Source: Anaerolineae bacterium (GTDB taxonomy: Bacteria; Chloroflexota; Anaerolineae; UBA1429). From it: 64,000 nucleotides of DNA. Numbering within the stretch: position 1 is the first letter of the stretch; the number at the start of each line of letters is the position of its first letter. The notes below the pieces were generated by a model. It ran no database searches, was not told the origin of the DNA, and saw only the letters and a program-made list of their open reading frames with translations. Location: positions 1,952,001 through 2,016,000 of the forward strand of contig OY776562.1 in the NCBI GenBank assembly GCA_963675785.1, written 5' to 3'. Below are positions 10,135-19,622 of this stretch, piece by piece. The position numbers and the translations under genes were made by a program.

Positions 10135-11832
10135 TTATTGTACCGTGATGTAATCTTCGGCAACGATGGCCTGACCCGCATCACCCAGAATGTAATCCAT
10201 GAACGCTGCTGCCAACTCGCTGGGCTCACCCATAGTCAGCATGTTCAGCGGACGATAGATCGGGTAGCTGCCGTTCTTGACGTTCGCCACTGTCGGCTCT
10301 ACATCGTTCACGGCCACACCTGTGATACTGTCATCCAAGAACCCGAAGGAGAGAAAGGCGATACTGTTCGGCGTCGTCGATACGGCTGTACGTACTTGCC
10401 CGTTCGACTGCTGCAACAGCGCGTCTTCAGTGATCAACGCTTCCTGGCTCTCTCCTGCTGCATCCTTGTAGCTCATCACCAGCTCGGTAAAGGCGTCACG
10501 CGTGCCAGAACCCTCTTCACGGCTGATCACTGTGATCTCGGCATCCGGTCCACCTACTTCGGAAAAGTTGGTGATCTCACCAGAGAAAATCCCGCGAATC
10601 TGCTCAAGGCTCAGTGAGGGCAGTTCGACATCCGGGTTCACCACGATAGCGATGCCGTCGTAAGCGATGGTCGTGGTCTCAAGATCAGGGTACTGTTCCT
10701 GCTCAGAGCTCTTGACTGCACGAGAGGCGTTACCGATGTCTACGGTGCCCTCAGCTACCGAGGTCACACCCACACCAGAACCGCCACCCTGAATCTCGAT
10801 CACCACATCAGGGTTGATTGCCATAAAGGCTTCGGCCAATACTTCAGCCAAAGGCTGTACTGTCGTCGAACCTGCCAGCGTCAGCGTGCCGCTCAAAGCA
10901 GCAACTGGCTCCTCTTCATCAGTTACCGTGATGTAATCTTCGGCAACGATAGCCTGACCCGCATCACCCAGAATGTAGTCCAAAAACGCTGCTGCCAATT
11001 CGCTGGGCTCGCCCATGGTCAGCATGTTCAACGGACGATAGATCGGGTAGCTGCCGTTCTTGACGTTCGCCACTGTCGGCTCTACATCGTTCACAGCCAC
11101 ACCTGTGATACTGTCATCCAAGAACCCGAAGGAGAGAAAGGCGATACTGTTCGGCGTCGTCGATACGGCTGTACGTACTTGCCCGTTCGACTGCTGCAAC
11201 AGCGCGTCTTCAGTGATCAACGCTTCCTGGCTCTCTCCTGCTGCATCCTTGTAGCTCATCACCAGCTCGGTAAAGGCGTCACGCGTGCCAGAACCCTCTT
11301 CACGGCTGATCACTGTGATCTCGGCATCCGGTCCACCTACTTCGGAAAAGTTGGTGATCTCACCAGAGAAAATCCCGCGAATCTGCTCAAGGCTCAGTGA
11401 GGGCAGTTCGACATCCGGGTTCACCACGATAGCGATGCCGTCGTAAGCGATGGTCGTGGTCTCAAGATCAGGGTACTGTTCTTGCTCAGAGCTCTTGACT
11501 GCACGAGAAGCATTGCCAATGTCTACTGTACCCTCGGCTACCGAGGTCACGCCAACACCAGAACCGCCACCCTGAATCTCGATCACCACATCAGGGTTGA
11601 TTGCCATAAAGGCTTCGGCCAATACTTCGGCCAAAGGCTGTACTGTCGTCGAACCTGCCAGCGTCAGCGTACCGCTTAGGCCATCAGTTACCGCATCGGT
11701 TGGCTCTGCTGTCGCTTCTGCTGCTGTCGTTGCAGTAGGTGCAGCAGTGGGCTCTGTTGTAGCATAGGGGTCCGAACATCCACCCAAGACTATGGCCACA
11801 ACGAGCAGGCTAATCAACAAATATTTGCGCAT
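10135..11832 (-). CDS. pstS: Phosphate-binding lipoprotein with two tandem PstS units
   Basis: Lipobox LGGC; AGSTTVQPL...REEGSGTR...YPIYRPL occurs twice. Confidence 0.95.
   Translation of the reverse strand: MRKYLLISLLVVAIVLGGCSDPYATTEPTAAPTATTAAEATAEPTDAVTDGLSGTLTLAGSTTVQPLAEVLAEAFMAINPDVVIEIQGGGSGVGVTSVAEGTVDIGNASRAVKSSEQEQYPDLETTTIAYDGIAIVVNPDVELPSLSLEQIRGIFSGEITNFSEVGGPDAEITVISREEGSGTRDAFTELVMSYKDAAGESQEALITEDALLQQSNGQVRTAVSTTPNSIAFLSFGFLDDSITGVAVNDVEPTVANVKNGSYPIYRPLNMLTMGEPSELAAAFLDYILGDAGQAIVAEDYITVTDEEEPVAALSGTLTLAGSTTVQPLAEVLAEAFMAINPDVVIEIQGGGSGVGVTSVAEGTVDIGNASRAVKSSEQEQYPDLETTTIAYDGIAIVVNPDVELPSLSLEQIRGIFSGEITNFSEVGGPDAEITVISREEGSGTRDAFTELVMSYKDAAGESQEALITEDALLQQSNGQVRTAVSTTPNSIAFLSFGFLDDSITGVAVNDVEPTVANVKNGSYPIYRPLNMLTMGEPSELAAAFMDYILGDAGQAIVAEDYITVQ
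10141..11676. repeat. Internal direct repeat of pstS (10141-10893 and 10924-11676, offset 783 bp)
   Basis: Direct nucleotide comparison; near-identical copies. Confidence 0.97.
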
Positions 11833-11871
11833 ATTTGATCCTCCAGACGAATCGTCGCATCAACAACTCAA

Positions 11872-11925
11872 AGGATAACATGCGCAGTTTAACGAGGGGC
11901 GAAGGGATGATTAACAGATTGTAAA
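11872..11925 (-). promoter_or_regulatory. pstS promoter with four 11-bp-periodic Pho-box-like hexamers and an extended -10
   Basis: Minus strand TTTACA-N5-TTAATC-N5-TTCGCC-N5-TTAAAC-N6-TGTTATCCT; resembles the Bacillus PhoP TT(A/T/C)ACA repeat. Confidence 0.65.
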
Positions 11926-11939
11926 CGCATGCCCCAGAT

Positions 11940-13721
11940 TCAGGCCATTGCAGTCGCTTGGTTGGGATCATGCCGCAAAGGAACGGCAAAAGAAAAGGTG
12001 CTGCCGATCCCCATGATGCTTTCAACCCATATATGCCCACCATGCTGTTGCACAATGTGCTTACAGATGGCCAACCCCAGGCCAGTGCCGCCGCCCGTCC
12101 GCGAGCGATCCGCCTTGTAAAAGCGCTCAAAGATACGCGGCAAATCCTCTTCAGCTATGCCCACACCCGTATCTTGTACAGAGATGACAAGCTCGGAGGC
12201 CACAACTTGGGCAGAAACGGTGATGTGCCCACCGGGCTCAGTGAATTTGATGGCATTGTGGACGAGATTGGTAATAACCTGATGCAGACGCTGCGAATCC
12301 ACCTCTGCTTCAGGAAGATCGTCGGAAAGAACAATGCGCAGCGAAATGCCAGCACGTTCAGCTTGAGGCATGAGCCGCTCGACTGGAGGAACGATGATGT
12401 CTGCTGCTGTAGTCTTGGCAGGATCAAGCGGTACCTGGCTGGACTCGATACGAGAAAGTTCGAGCAATTCGCGGACCATCTGCGTAAGAGAATCGACCTG
12501 GTCTTCGATCATATCTAAAAAATGCTGGGCAGCAGGCGGATCCTCCAAAGCGCCATCCCGCAGGGTTTCTACAAGCGCCTTTAGAGAAGCTAACGGGGTA
12601 CGCAACTCGTGAGAAGCATTGCTTACAAAATCTCGCCGTACCTGTTCGGCACTGCGCACCATGGTCAAATCCTGAAGAATCACAAAGCCGCTCTCAATGT
12701 CATCATCACCCAGCGGTGTATAGATAGCACGCAAGTAAAAACCATGCAGTGCTGATGAGACGATGGCTTCTTGCTCGGCCTCTGTCTCCATACCGCGCTG
12801 CACAAGCTCAATAAGTTCATGATGGCGCAGTACGCGGGCAAAGGAACGGCCCATGGCCTCTTTTTCAGTGATCGCCAGAATGCGCTCACCAGCAGCGTTC
12901 AGACGCCGCACCCGACCTTCATTACTGATACTGATAACGCCATCAGCCATATGATTGAGAATCGCCGAAAGCCGCCCCTGTTCGGTAGATAATCGGGCGA
13001 CTTCAATCTGAAGGCGCGAAGCCATGAGGTTAAAGGTCTCCCCCAAACGCCCCACCTCATCACGGCTGGAACCATAATAACGCGAGCTTAGATCACCTTC
13101 TGCCATCCGATGCGCCGCACGATCGAGTTTGCTCACCGGAACAGTGACGCGATCGGCCACCAGTACGGCTACTAACAATGCTGCCGCCATGGCTACAAGC
13201 GTAGCGAGGAAAATCGTACTGCGAAGTCGTGTTACCTCCAGTTCGACCTGTTCCAAGCTGACAGCCACTCTGGCTATTGCCAAAGTGACACCCTGATGTA
13301 CCACCGGTGCTGCCAGATAGAGCATGTTCTCCTGCAAGGTAGGGCTAAATCGCGAGCTAGAGCCTTCGCCGAGTTCAATCGCATCAATAACCTCGGGTCT
13401 GGAAAGGTGATTCTCCATTTCCGAAGGTTCATAGTCTGACTCGGCCAGCACGGCACCATCCATTCCAATGACGGTGACACGCACAGAAAACAGCTCAGCC
13501 CATTCATCCACAGAAACAGAGAGAGCCTGCATATCTCCATCGGCAATCTCGTTGTCAATCAACGTGGCAAAAGCATGCACTTCTTCGGCATAGCCCTGTT
13601 CCATGTCCTCGACGCGCGTATTGCGCACCGTATTGGATACATAGACCGTAAGGCCGGCGAGAATGATCAGAATGAGAACGACATAAGGTAAAGCAATGCG
13701 CCAACGCAAGTGATGCTTCAT
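11940..13721 (-). CDS. phoR: PhoR-like sensor histidine kinase (TM-HAMP-PAS-HisKA-HATPase)
   Basis: SHELRTPL, NAIKFT, FERFYKADRSR, GTGLGLAI; adjacent to pst genes. Confidence 0.9.
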   Translation of the reverse strand: MKHHLRWRIALPYVVLILIILAGLTVYVSNTVRNTRVEDMEQGYAEEVHAFATLIDNEIADGDMQALSVSVDEWAELFSVRVTVIGMDGAVLAESDYEPSEMENHLSRPEVIDAIELGEGSSSRFSPTLQENMLYLAAPVVHQGVTLAIARVAVSLEQVELEVTRLRSTIFLATLVAMAAALLVAVLVADRVTVPVSKLDRAAHRMAEGDLSSRYYGSSRDEVGRLGETFNLMASRLQIEVARLSTEQGRLSAILNHMADGVISISNEGRVRRLNAAGERILAITEKEAMGRSFARVLRHHELIELVQRGMETEAEQEAIVSSALHGFYLRAIYTPLGDDDIESGFVILQDLTMVRSAEQVRRDFVSNASHELRTPLASLKALVETLRDGALEDPPAAQHFLDMIEDQVDSLTQMVRELLELSRIESSQVPLDPAKTTAADIIVPPVERLMPQAERAGISLRIVLSDDLPEAEVDSQRLHQVITNLVHNAIKFTEPGGHITVSAQVVASELVISVQDTGVGIAEEDLPRIFERFYKADRSRTGGGTGLGLAICKHIVQQHGGHIWVESIMGIGSTFSFAVPLRHDPNQATAMA

Positions 13722-13726
13722 TCAGG

Positions 13727-14425
13727 CTAGCCCTCGAATCGATAACCTACTCCGCGCACAGTCACGATGCGTTTCGGATCGGATGGGTCGTCTTCAATCT
13801 TGGCGCGCAGCCAGCGCATATGTACGTCCACTGTGCGCGTCTCCACAGCTACATCCCAGCCCCACACCCCCTCAAGAATTTGGTCTCTTGTGAGGGCAAA
13901 GCCTTTGTTGGTTATCAGATAGCAAAGCAAGTCGTACTCTCTGGGTTTTAGGTCCAGCACCTCGCCAGCCAAAGAGGCTTCGCAACGCTCCAGATCGACC
14001 ACAAGATTCCCACTCTTCAGTGCTCTATGGGGCGCTTCCACTGCCGTCGTTTCAAATGCTGTAAGCCTGGCGCGGCGAAGCTGAGCCTTGATGCGTGCCA
14101 GTACCTCACGCATACTAAAAGGCTTGGTCACGTAATCGTCAGCGCCGATCTCTAAACCGACAATCTTGTCTACCTCTTCATCGCGCGCGGTCAGCATGAT
14201 AATGGGCACATTGGATTCCTGTCGTACCGCGCGGCACACCTCGACGCCATCGATCTTGGGCAGCATCACATCGAGTAGGATGAGATCGGGTTTATTGGCT
14301 CTGGCCAGTTCAATGGCTGCCTCTCCGTCCATCGCCCGTATCACCTCATGCCCCTGACGTTCCAGGTTATAGGCCAGCGTTTCTGAAAGCGCAGCCTCAT
14401 CTTCAACCACAAGAATCAGCGCCAT
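13727..14425 (-). CDS. phoB: OmpR/PhoB-family response regulator
   Basis: LVVEDE, LLDVMLP, TRTVDVHMRWLR, TVRGVGY; start ATG14425 with RBS. Confidence 0.85.
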   Translation of the reverse strand: MALILVVEDEAALSETLAYNLERQGHEVIRAMDGEAAIELARANKPDLILLDVMLPKIDGVEVCRAVRQESNVPIIMLTARDEEVDKIVGLEIGADDYVTKPFSMREVLARIKAQLRRARLTAFETTAVEAPHRALKSGNLVVDLERCEASLAGEVLDLKPREYDLLCYLITNKGFALTRDQILEGVWGWDVAVETRTVDVHMRWLRAKIEDDPSDPKRIVTVRGVGYRFEG

Positions 14426-14492
14426 TGGCTCCCCTTCCAATACTAGTGCATTCATCATACCAAACACCGGGCAACAACCCAAGAGGCAAAGT

Positions 14493-14554
14493 TTGACAGA
14501 AGGTGGCAAATGCCTATTATGTGACCAGTTGGTCATATGACCAACTGGTCACAT
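14493..14554 (+). promoter_or_regulatory. sigma70 promoter plus perfect 36-bp palindromic TetR operator
   Basis: TTGACA(14493)-16-TATTAT(14515); ATGTGACCAGTTGGTCATATGACCAACTGGTCACAT at 14519-14554. Confidence 0.8.
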
Positions 14555-14568
14555 CTTGAGAATAAATC

Positions 14569-15249
14569 ATGCCAAGTGATACTTTTTACAATCTTCCAGA
14601 CGAAAAAAGGGAAAAGCTGCTGCGCACCGCCATTGACGCCTTTGCCATAGCTCCCTACGAACACGTATCCATGTCTCAATTGGCACAACGCGCTGGCATC
14701 GCCAAGGGCAGCCTCTATCAGTATTTCACGGACAAACGCGAGTTGTATCTCTACCTAGTGCAGCTTGCCGCCGATGAAAAACTAGCCTATTTGCAGCGTG
14801 TCGAGCCCCCCTCACCTGATATCGGGATGTTCGCCTATTTGCGCTGGCTAACCGAGCAGACACTGGATTTCCAGTTCGCTAATCCCAATCTGTATCAGGT
14901 GGCCTACCGGGCGCTCTATGGCGATCGTCCCTTCCCAGATGCGAGCCTGCAAGGCGCCCAAGAAGCGGGTATTCACTACTTTGAGGGGCTCATCACGCAG
15001 GGTATTGCTCGCGGTGATCTACGTTCAGATCTGGATATCGAGCTTACAGCGCTCTTGATCTCTAACTTTTTTAGCCAGGTAGGTAATTACATAGTCGATA
15101 CATTGGGAAAAGAAACCTTTGACAGGAGCCGAGGGCCACTGGGCAAAGAAGCGCAGAGCCAAATACGCCAAGCTATCGGCACCCTGCTGGATTTACTAGA
15201 ACGCGGCATCGGTGCACAACAACATGATGACACAGGAGAAAACAAGTGA
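14569..15249 (+). CDS. TetR/AcrR family regulator
   Basis: LAQRAGIAKGSLYQYFTDKRELY helix-turn-helix. Confidence 0.92.
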   Translation: MPSDTFYNLPDEKREKLLRTAIDAFAIAPYEHVSMSQLAQRAGIAKGSLYQYFTDKRELYLYLVQLAADEKLAYLQRVEPPSPDIGMFAYLRWLTEQTLDFQFANPNLYQVAYRALYGDRPFPDASLQGAQEAGIHYFEGLITQGIARGDLRSDLDIELTALLISNFFSQVGNYIVDTLGKETFDRSRGPLGKEAQSQIRQAIGTLLDLLERGIGAQQHDDTGENK

Positions 15250-16100
15250 TACACGTTCGTGAACTGTACCACTCTTATGGCCATAACGATACATATCAGG
15301 TCAAAAACGTCAGCTTTGATATCACCAGGGGTGAAATCTTTGGCTTTCTTGGCCCCAATGGTGCCGGCAAGAGCACCACACAAAAAATTATGACAGGCTT
15401 GCTGCCCCTACAGCGCGGTTATGTCGAGTTGGCCGGCCAAGATATGGGGCACATTGACCGTCAGATATTCAACAAGATCGGCGTTGCTTTTGAACAAGCC
15501 AATCTCTACGGCAAGCTGACCGGTCTGGAGAACCTGCAATTCCATGCCGGCCTGTACGGTGTACCCACCATTGACCCCATGGCCCTGCTCATCCGCCTCG
15601 ATCTGGAAGAGGCAGCCAACAAACGCGTCAGCACCTATTCCAAGGGAATGCAGCAGCGCCTGGCCCTAGCCCGATCCTTGTTGAACAATCCCGAAATCCT
15701 TTTTCTCGATGAGCCCACTTCTGGCCTGGATCCCAGTTCGGCCCGTTCGGTCAAAGAACTCATTCGTGAAAAGCAGACAGAAGGCGTTACTATTTTCCTC
15801 ACGACCCACGATATGCACGTAGCCGAAGAGCTCTGCAACCGTGTGGCCTTTATCAATGCCGGCGAAATCGTCGCTCTGGACTCGCCGCGAGAGCTCAAGC
15901 TGCGCTATGGCGAACGTACGCTGTTGATAGAAAATCGGGTCAATGGCCACATCGAATCGTTGATTCTCGACCAAAACAAGGATGATGACCGCCGGCACTT
16001 GCTTGCGCTAATGCAAGCCGGCAGCGTCGAAACAGTCCATTCTCAAGAAGCCACACTGGAGGCGGTCTTCATCGCCCTCACAGGCAGAGGGCTGGACTAA
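15246..16100 (+). CDS. ABC-2 exporter ATP-binding protein
   Basis: GPNGAGKS, YSKGMQQR, LDEPTSGLDP. Confidence 0.93.
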   Translation: MIHVRELYHSYGHNDTYQVKNVSFDITRGEIFGFLGPNGAGKSTTQKIMTGLLPLQRGYVELAGQDMGHIDRQIFNKIGVAFEQANLYGKLTGLENLQFHAGLYGVPTIDPMALLIRLDLEEAANKRVSTYSKGMQQRLALARSLLNNPEILFLDEPTSGLDPSSARSVKELIREKQTEGVTIFLTTHDMHVAEELCNRVAFINAGEIVALDSPRELKLRYGERTLLIENRVNGHIESLILDQNKDDDRRHLLALMQAGSVETVHSQEATLEAVFIALTGRGLD

Positions 16101-17146
16101 TGTTGAAGCGACTATGGGTCTCGCTCAAGCGAGATTTCAAGATGAACCTCACCAATGGCTATTTGCTCATTACTGTGGCCGTAGCGTTACTCTACATGTT
16201 AGTCGTACGCTTTGCCGTGCCGGAGCAGCTCAGCACCAGTGCAAGGCTCTATCTCTATGATGCCACAACAGAACAGACCATGGCCAATTACGCACAATCC
16301 TTTGGCGAAGAACAGGCTGTCCTGGTCTACGGCGAAACTGAGCTGACCGAGCTGATGGCCGAAAACGAAAACAGCGTTGGCTTGATCCTCACCGAGGGTG
16401 ACCCGCTGCCGCAGGTTCGGCTGGTGTTTCAGGCAGCACAAGGAGAACAAATACAGCAGCTCATGCTAGCCAGCCTGGAAAGCGAACTGCGCGCCCTCTA
16501 TGGCGTCGAGGCTTCCGACATCGAGGTAAGCACCCGTCTACTCAACGAAACCTACAGTGAGCCAATCCCCTTTAACAAGGGGTTAGTCACCGTGCTGCTC
16601 TACTCGGACCCAGTGATGATTGGTCTGTTGTTCGTGGCAGCGCTGTATTTTGTTGAAAGGCAGCAGGGCACCGTCAAGGCCTACCTGGTAACACCGGGCC
16701 GTGTGTGGGAATACGTTCTGGCCAAAGCCGTTTCATTAGGGCTGCTAGCTCTTTTATTCACCCTCATCCTGGTGCCCTTCACAGTGGGTAGCGGCGTCAA
16801 CTATGCCGCCTTGTTAACGTTGGTCTTCATGGGCAGCATCCTAAGCTCGCTGGTAGGCACCTTGTTGGCATCCTTTTACACCGACCTGGGGCAGTTCTTT
16901 GCGCCGGGCGTGCTGGTCATCTTGTTCTTGTCACTGCCGGGCATATCGTACTATGTACCTTCTTTCTCGCCCTGGTGGCTGAGGCTGCATCCCACCTACT
17001 CGATGCTGTTTGGCATGAAAGAAGCTCTGTTCCCTTCGGGCAACCCGCAGATCATTGTATCTGGCGTTCTCGTACTGTTGGCGCTCGATATCGTCATGCT
17101 CGCTGTCAGCAGCCTGGCCCTTGATCGCCAGTTTGTGCGGCGTTAG
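16100..17146 (+). CDS. ABC-2 type permease (fluoroquinolone-exporter-like)
   Basis: N-terminal TM, soluble loop, five C-terminal TMs with ERQQGT...VTP motif. Confidence 0.8.
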   Translation: MLKRLWVSLKRDFKMNLTNGYLLITVAVALLYMLVVRFAVPEQLSTSARLYLYDATTEQTMANYAQSFGEEQAVLVYGETELTELMAENENSVGLILTEGDPLPQVRLVFQAAQGEQIQQLMLASLESELRALYGVEASDIEVSTRLLNETYSEPIPFNKGLVTVLLYSDPVMIGLLFVAALYFVERQQGTVKAYLVTPGRVWEYVLAKAVSLGLLALLFTLILVPFTVGSGVNYAALLTLVFMGSILSSLVGTLLASFYTDLGQFFAPGVLVILFLSLPGISYYVPSFSPWWLRLHPTYSMLFGMKEALFPSGNPQIIVSGVLVLLALDIVMLAVSSLALDRQFVRR

Positions 17147-17155
17147 GAGACTCTT

Positions 17156-18154
17156 GTGAAAAAGATTATTGCGCTGCTCAAGCGCGATTTCATCAGCACC
17201 ACTCGAGATGCTATGCTACTGTATGTCGTCATGGCACCTATCATCATCGGGCTGGGCGTGCGTCTCTTTTTGTCCGCCATCGGCTCATCTTCCACCAATC
17301 TGATCATCACCCAGGCCGACGCCCCGGTTCTGCAAGAGGCTTTGGCCCCCTATGCCCGTCTGCAAATCGTCGCCGATGAAACCGCGCTAGAACAGCGTGT
17401 ATTAGCTATCGATAACGCTGCAGGCATCATCAATGATGGACAAGGTGGCTATGCGGTCGTGCTACAAGGCAACGAGCCCGCCGAGACAGCCCTATTGCCT
17501 GAAATGGTGCTACGCTATGCCCTGGGTGAACACCTCGTCAATGCCGAAATAACCCAGCTCGCAGGAACCACTGTGCCCTATCGCGATTGGGTCGGCGCCT
17601 TTATTGCGCTTACCGTGCCTTTTATCGCCAGCATCGCCATGGCCCTGTTCATTATCGAGGATAAAGAAACCGGCATGTTGTACACCCTGAGCGTCTCTCC
17701 CCTGGGCAAAGGAACTTATATTCTGACACGGGGGCTCTTTGTCATGGGTTATTCACTGGTGATGGTCTATGTCGCGCTGCTGGTTCTAGGCATCACAGGG
17801 GCACCGGTGCTGCCCGTTCTGGCCATGACCGCGGCCTGTTCACTGGCAGCCATTCTGTTTGGTTTCGTCATCGGTTCGCTCAGTGCCTCTCAGGTAGCCG
17901 GCCTGGCCAACATGAAATTCGGCTTTCTAGTGATCTTGGCGCCTGCCATCCTCTCGTTGGTATTGCCCTCGGCATACCACGCAGCCCTGTATTGGGTTCC
18001 CTTCTTCTGGGCTTTTGAGGGCTTTCGAGAGATACTCGTTCAAGGGGGAAGCTGGGCCACATTCTGGCCTTCGCTGCTTTGGACCATCGTCAGCAGTATG
18101 GCGTTCATCGCTATCTTGGCGCCCTGGCTCAAAAAGAGACTGGTCGTTTCCTAG
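17156..18154 (+). CDS. ABC-2 type permease
   Basis: IEDKETG...VSPL motif; multiple TMs; operon context. Confidence 0.8.
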   Translation: MKKIIALLKRDFISTTRDAMLLYVVMAPIIIGLGVRLFLSAIGSSSTNLIITQADAPVLQEALAPYARLQIVADETALEQRVLAIDNAAGIINDGQGGYAVVLQGNEPAETALLPEMVLRYALGEHLVNAEITQLAGTTVPYRDWVGAFIALTVPFIASIAMALFIIEDKETGMLYTLSVSPLGKGTYILTRGLFVMGYSLVMVYVALLVLGITGAPVLPVLAMTAACSLAAILFGFVIGSLSASQVAGLANMKFGFLVILAPAILSLVLPSAYHAALYWVPFFWAFEGFREILVQGGSWATFWPSLLWTIVSSMAFIAILAPWLKKRLVVS

Positions 18155-18159
18155 ATAAC

Positions 18160-18195
18160 AAAAAGCCTCCCAACTACATGGTTGGGAGGCTTTTT
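18160..18195. terminator. Bidirectional terminator
   Basis: AAAAAGCCTCCCAAC...GTTGGGAGGCTTTTT between convergent genes. Confidence 0.85.
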
Positions 18196-18225
18196 CATCA
18201 TCTGAACTAAATGACGAACTGTTAC

Positions 18226-19320
18226 CTACATTGAAATCAAGCACACATCATTATTCCCCGCAGCGTCACGTCGGCAAAAGACGATACGACTGCCATCTGG
18301 GCTAAAAGCCGGATGAGGATGGTACAGCGTATTGGCGATAGTCAATTCCTGATGGTGTGCCGCCAGTGGCGTCAACTCGTTGGTAGCCAAGTTCAGCAAC
18401 GTAACGTACTGGGGATCATCGCCCACGATCCAGCGCCCTTCCCGATCATTGATAAAATGACAAAAAGGATGCTCGGTGATGATCGTCTCGCGGCCAGTCG
18501 CCACATCCACCATCCGCACTGAAGTTGGCTCATCCAACGCGGGGCACGTATAGGCATAAGCCACACTGCGGCCGTCATCCAGCCAATATTCGTGGCCGAT
18601 GCGGATATCGGGATGCTCCTGATAGCGCAAGGGCCTGATATTGGAGCCATCCCATTTCATCAGCCACAAGCGTTGCTCCACGCGATCCCAGGGGCCCTCA
18701 TAGCAAAAGAGCAGCGTCGTGGGATCAGTGGGACAAAATAGCAAGTGTTGCAGGTTACGCTTTTCCTCGTGAGCCTTCCAGACTTTGGCCCCATCGGAGG
18801 TCATGACCCAAAAACTGCACAACGGGCGCACCTCGTAACGGCGAACGAAATCGGCCGGCCCATCCTCGGCGTGTTCATAAGCGCCCATCTCCATAAAGCC
18901 TAGATATTGGCCATCACGTGAGATATCCAACAAGACAAACTGACCAGTCTCGGGCGTTTCATGGGTGTGGATCAGCTTCTCTTCTAGCGTCTCGATGTTG
19001 AGCTGATAGACTAGATCTCCCTGGGTATAGTAGATGAGTGGCCTATACGGATCCACGCTGGGCCGACCGGGATCCAGGGTACAGTCTGTAAGACGGCGGA
19101 TCCGCTCTTTTTGCAGATCGTAAGCGTAAATCTGCCAACTGCCGGTACGGTCAGAGTTGATGAGCAGATAACGGCCATTGTCCACAAAGTTGAGGCGATT
19201 GAAATAGACGTGCTTGTTGTTGCCCTCGCCTTTGGTAATCTGGGCGTAACTACGACCAGTCACCTCATCCTCGATGGTCAACGGCGGATAGTCGTACCAC
19301 ACTCCTCGATCCCACATCAT
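18226..19320 (-). CDS. Oligogalacturonate lyase (PL22/Ogl)-like beta-propeller
   Basis: HVYFN, FCYEGPWDRVEQRLW, GHEYW, HPHPAFSPDG motifs. Confidence 0.75.
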   Translation of the reverse strand: MMWDRGVWYDYPPLTIEDEVTGRSYAQITKGEGNNKHVYFNRLNFVDNGRYLLINSDRTGSWQIYAYDLQKERIRRLTDCTLDPGRPSVDPYRPLIYYTQGDLVYQLNIETLEEKLIHTHETPETGQFVLLDISRDGQYLGFMEMGAYEHAEDGPADFVRRYEVRPLCSFWVMTSDGAKVWKAHEEKRNLQHLLFCPTDPTTLLFCYEGPWDRVEQRLWLMKWDGSNIRPLRYQEHPDIRIGHEYWLDDGRSVAYAYTCPALDEPTSVRMVDVATGRETIITEHPFCHFINDREGRWIVGDDPQYVTLLNLATNELTPLAAHHQELTIANTLYHPHPAFSPDGSRIVFCRRDAAGNNDVCLISM

Positions 19321-19561
19321 GCTCTGTTCTCCTCAAAAGACTCGGCGGCAGCTTGCAGGTGAGGTATCCATTACCCTCTCGAAATCCGTGGCTAGCAGAA
19401 TATGGTCATCGGCGTAAACACGTGAGGCATCACCCTGGGCGCGAGCACGATCCCAACAAGGGTTATAGTCAGCTAATCCGGGCATACGGCAGCTTTCTTT
19501 CGCTAACAATCCGCCCTTGTATACATGCCGTTGGTGCCCGCGTCAACCATTAGCGGCAAAC

Positions 19562-19593
19562 AAAAAGGCACAACTCTTTCGAGTTGTGCCTTT
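19562..19593 (-). terminator. Terminator of the REase-STAND gene
   Basis: AAAGGCACAACTC-TTTC-GAGTTGTGCCTTT. Confidence 0.8.
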
Positions 19594-19622
19594 CCAACAT
19601 GATGCATTCGATAGTTAGTTTC

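Noticed and set aside
19501-19556. attC-like CGCTAAC...ATTAGCG segment
   Set aside because: The interior does not pair; it is better explained as a minus-strand TTGACG-17-TATACA promoter for the PL22-like gene.
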